Program-made: the position numbers and the translations under genes
The notes under the pieces: model-generated
The model's database searches: none
Told to the model about the DNA's origin: nothing
Seen by the model: the letters and a program-made list of their open reading frames with translations, nothing else
Assembly (NCBI RefSeq): GCF_964194155.1
Contig: NC_135898.1
Span: 51,026,001 to 51,090,000, forward strand
Reading direction: 5' to 3'
Source: Cetorhinus maximus
Lineage: Eukaryota
Length of the DNA stretch: 64,000 nt
Shown here: in pieces, positions 62,763 through 64,000 of the stretch
How the letters are laid out: every line of letters starts with the position of its first letter
How positions within the stretch are numbered: position 1 is the first letter of the stretch

Positions 62763-64000
62763 CATGATTTTGCAAGGCATGTAAAAGGAAGCCCCCTATT
62801 TCAAGTCAGGTCACTGACATAGTTGCAACTATTTCCTGTATTCAAAGCAATAAACTAACACCAAAGACCACCTAATTGGGATCTTCAGTATGAGATTCCA
62901 TATATATGCAATTGAATTCAACCGGAGATTCTATCCTTTTGCACAGTCTTCCTGATTTCACATTTCCAGCAGGTATACACACACTTGAGTTAAGTTTTGA
63001 AGTCAGATGCTTTGATATACTGAGGGAAATAGCTTAGTATAAAATTCATTTAGTTAAGTAAATAGTTGCTGGCATTACTTAACTACACATATTGTATAAA
63101 AATAAAACTTGCACATTTGTAGGCAATTAAAATAAAAATATTGTCTGCAGTTGTGTTATATTTTTAAACTATGTTAAGAATTGCATAACTGAAATTAGAG
63201 GAAACCTACAGACATTTACATTATAATGTTCACATAGTGGACTCAAGTACATGAATAAAGCATAATATATTTCCATGTTAAAATATTTTGCAGAGAAACT
63301 GCAATGGAAGTAAAAATCATGCTTTAGCAACTTTGAACTAATTTCAGTATTGTTTAAAATGACAAAAATGTTATTTTTTTCAATTAAACTCCTCCAGCCA
63401 GTGTTAGAAATCGGATATCTTATAAGCAACAGTAGGATACAATAAATATTTCCATTTGTAAAGTTTGACTACCTTTTTTTATCCTATTTCTGAGACTAAC
63501 TTTGACAATCATGCATTCTGTTCAGTTTTACTTATAAAAATATCTCAGATACACATATGACACTAATGCCTTACAGAATATAAATCAAATGGCAGCAGAA
63601 ATGAGTCATGTGACCTGCAACATATGTGCCTTTATCTGTACCTGACTTTCTGTACACTCTTCTCCTCCACTGGTACCATTACTCTAGACTGAGCTAGGTA
63701 TGATTCATTCATGGTTACCATCCTGCTCTAGATTCTACTCCCTTACTGCTCAAGGAACACCACTTTTCTACTATCTGCTTACTTTCTGTAGCTGCCGATT
63801 CTACCTTGCTTTGTTCCACTCGTTCTTCAGAACACTTCTAACATCATTCACTAGACTGAGTTGGACCTACTCATTAAGCTGCTGCAGCTACTTCCGATCT
63901 CGTGTGTCCCTTGCTTTCCCACAGATGTTCCTTGAAGTAGGTCCTGATTTGTGCCAATTTCATAAATTTACCTATCACTTTCTTCTGGCTTCCTGGACTT

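Overview
Repeat-rich vertebrate genomic DNA, most likely from a cartilaginous fish, judged from shark-type CR1/L2 LINEs, Deu-domain tRNA SINEs and Penelope-type repeats. Two host genes were reconstructed by hand. (1) A complete, intact pancreatic-lipase-family gene (PNLIP/PNLIPRP-like) on the minus strand has 12 coding exons from 28553 to 2509 (1416 nt, 471 aa, all GT-AG introns, consistent phases). It retains the GHSLG/LDPA/CSH catalytic triad and a full lid, and has a short non-coding first exon, a TATA box and a candidate PTF1 element. (2) The first two coding exons (PH domain) of a DOK1/2/3-family docking protein lie on the plus strand at 59107-60140, transcribed divergently from the lipase. 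The rest is transposon-derived: CR1 and L2 LINEs, a SINE-headed LINE, a Gypsy element with both LTRs, TSD, PBS and PPT, a solo LTR, PIF/Harbinger transposase and Myb remnants with several MITEs, and Penelope-like fold-back elements carrying degenerate hammerhead ribozyme motifs. A recent ~4.0-kb tandem array occupies 41146-55290. The most interesting observations are a possible extra DOK ohnologue next to the lipase locus, the SINE-headed LINE, the hammerhead-bearing palindrome and the tandem array.
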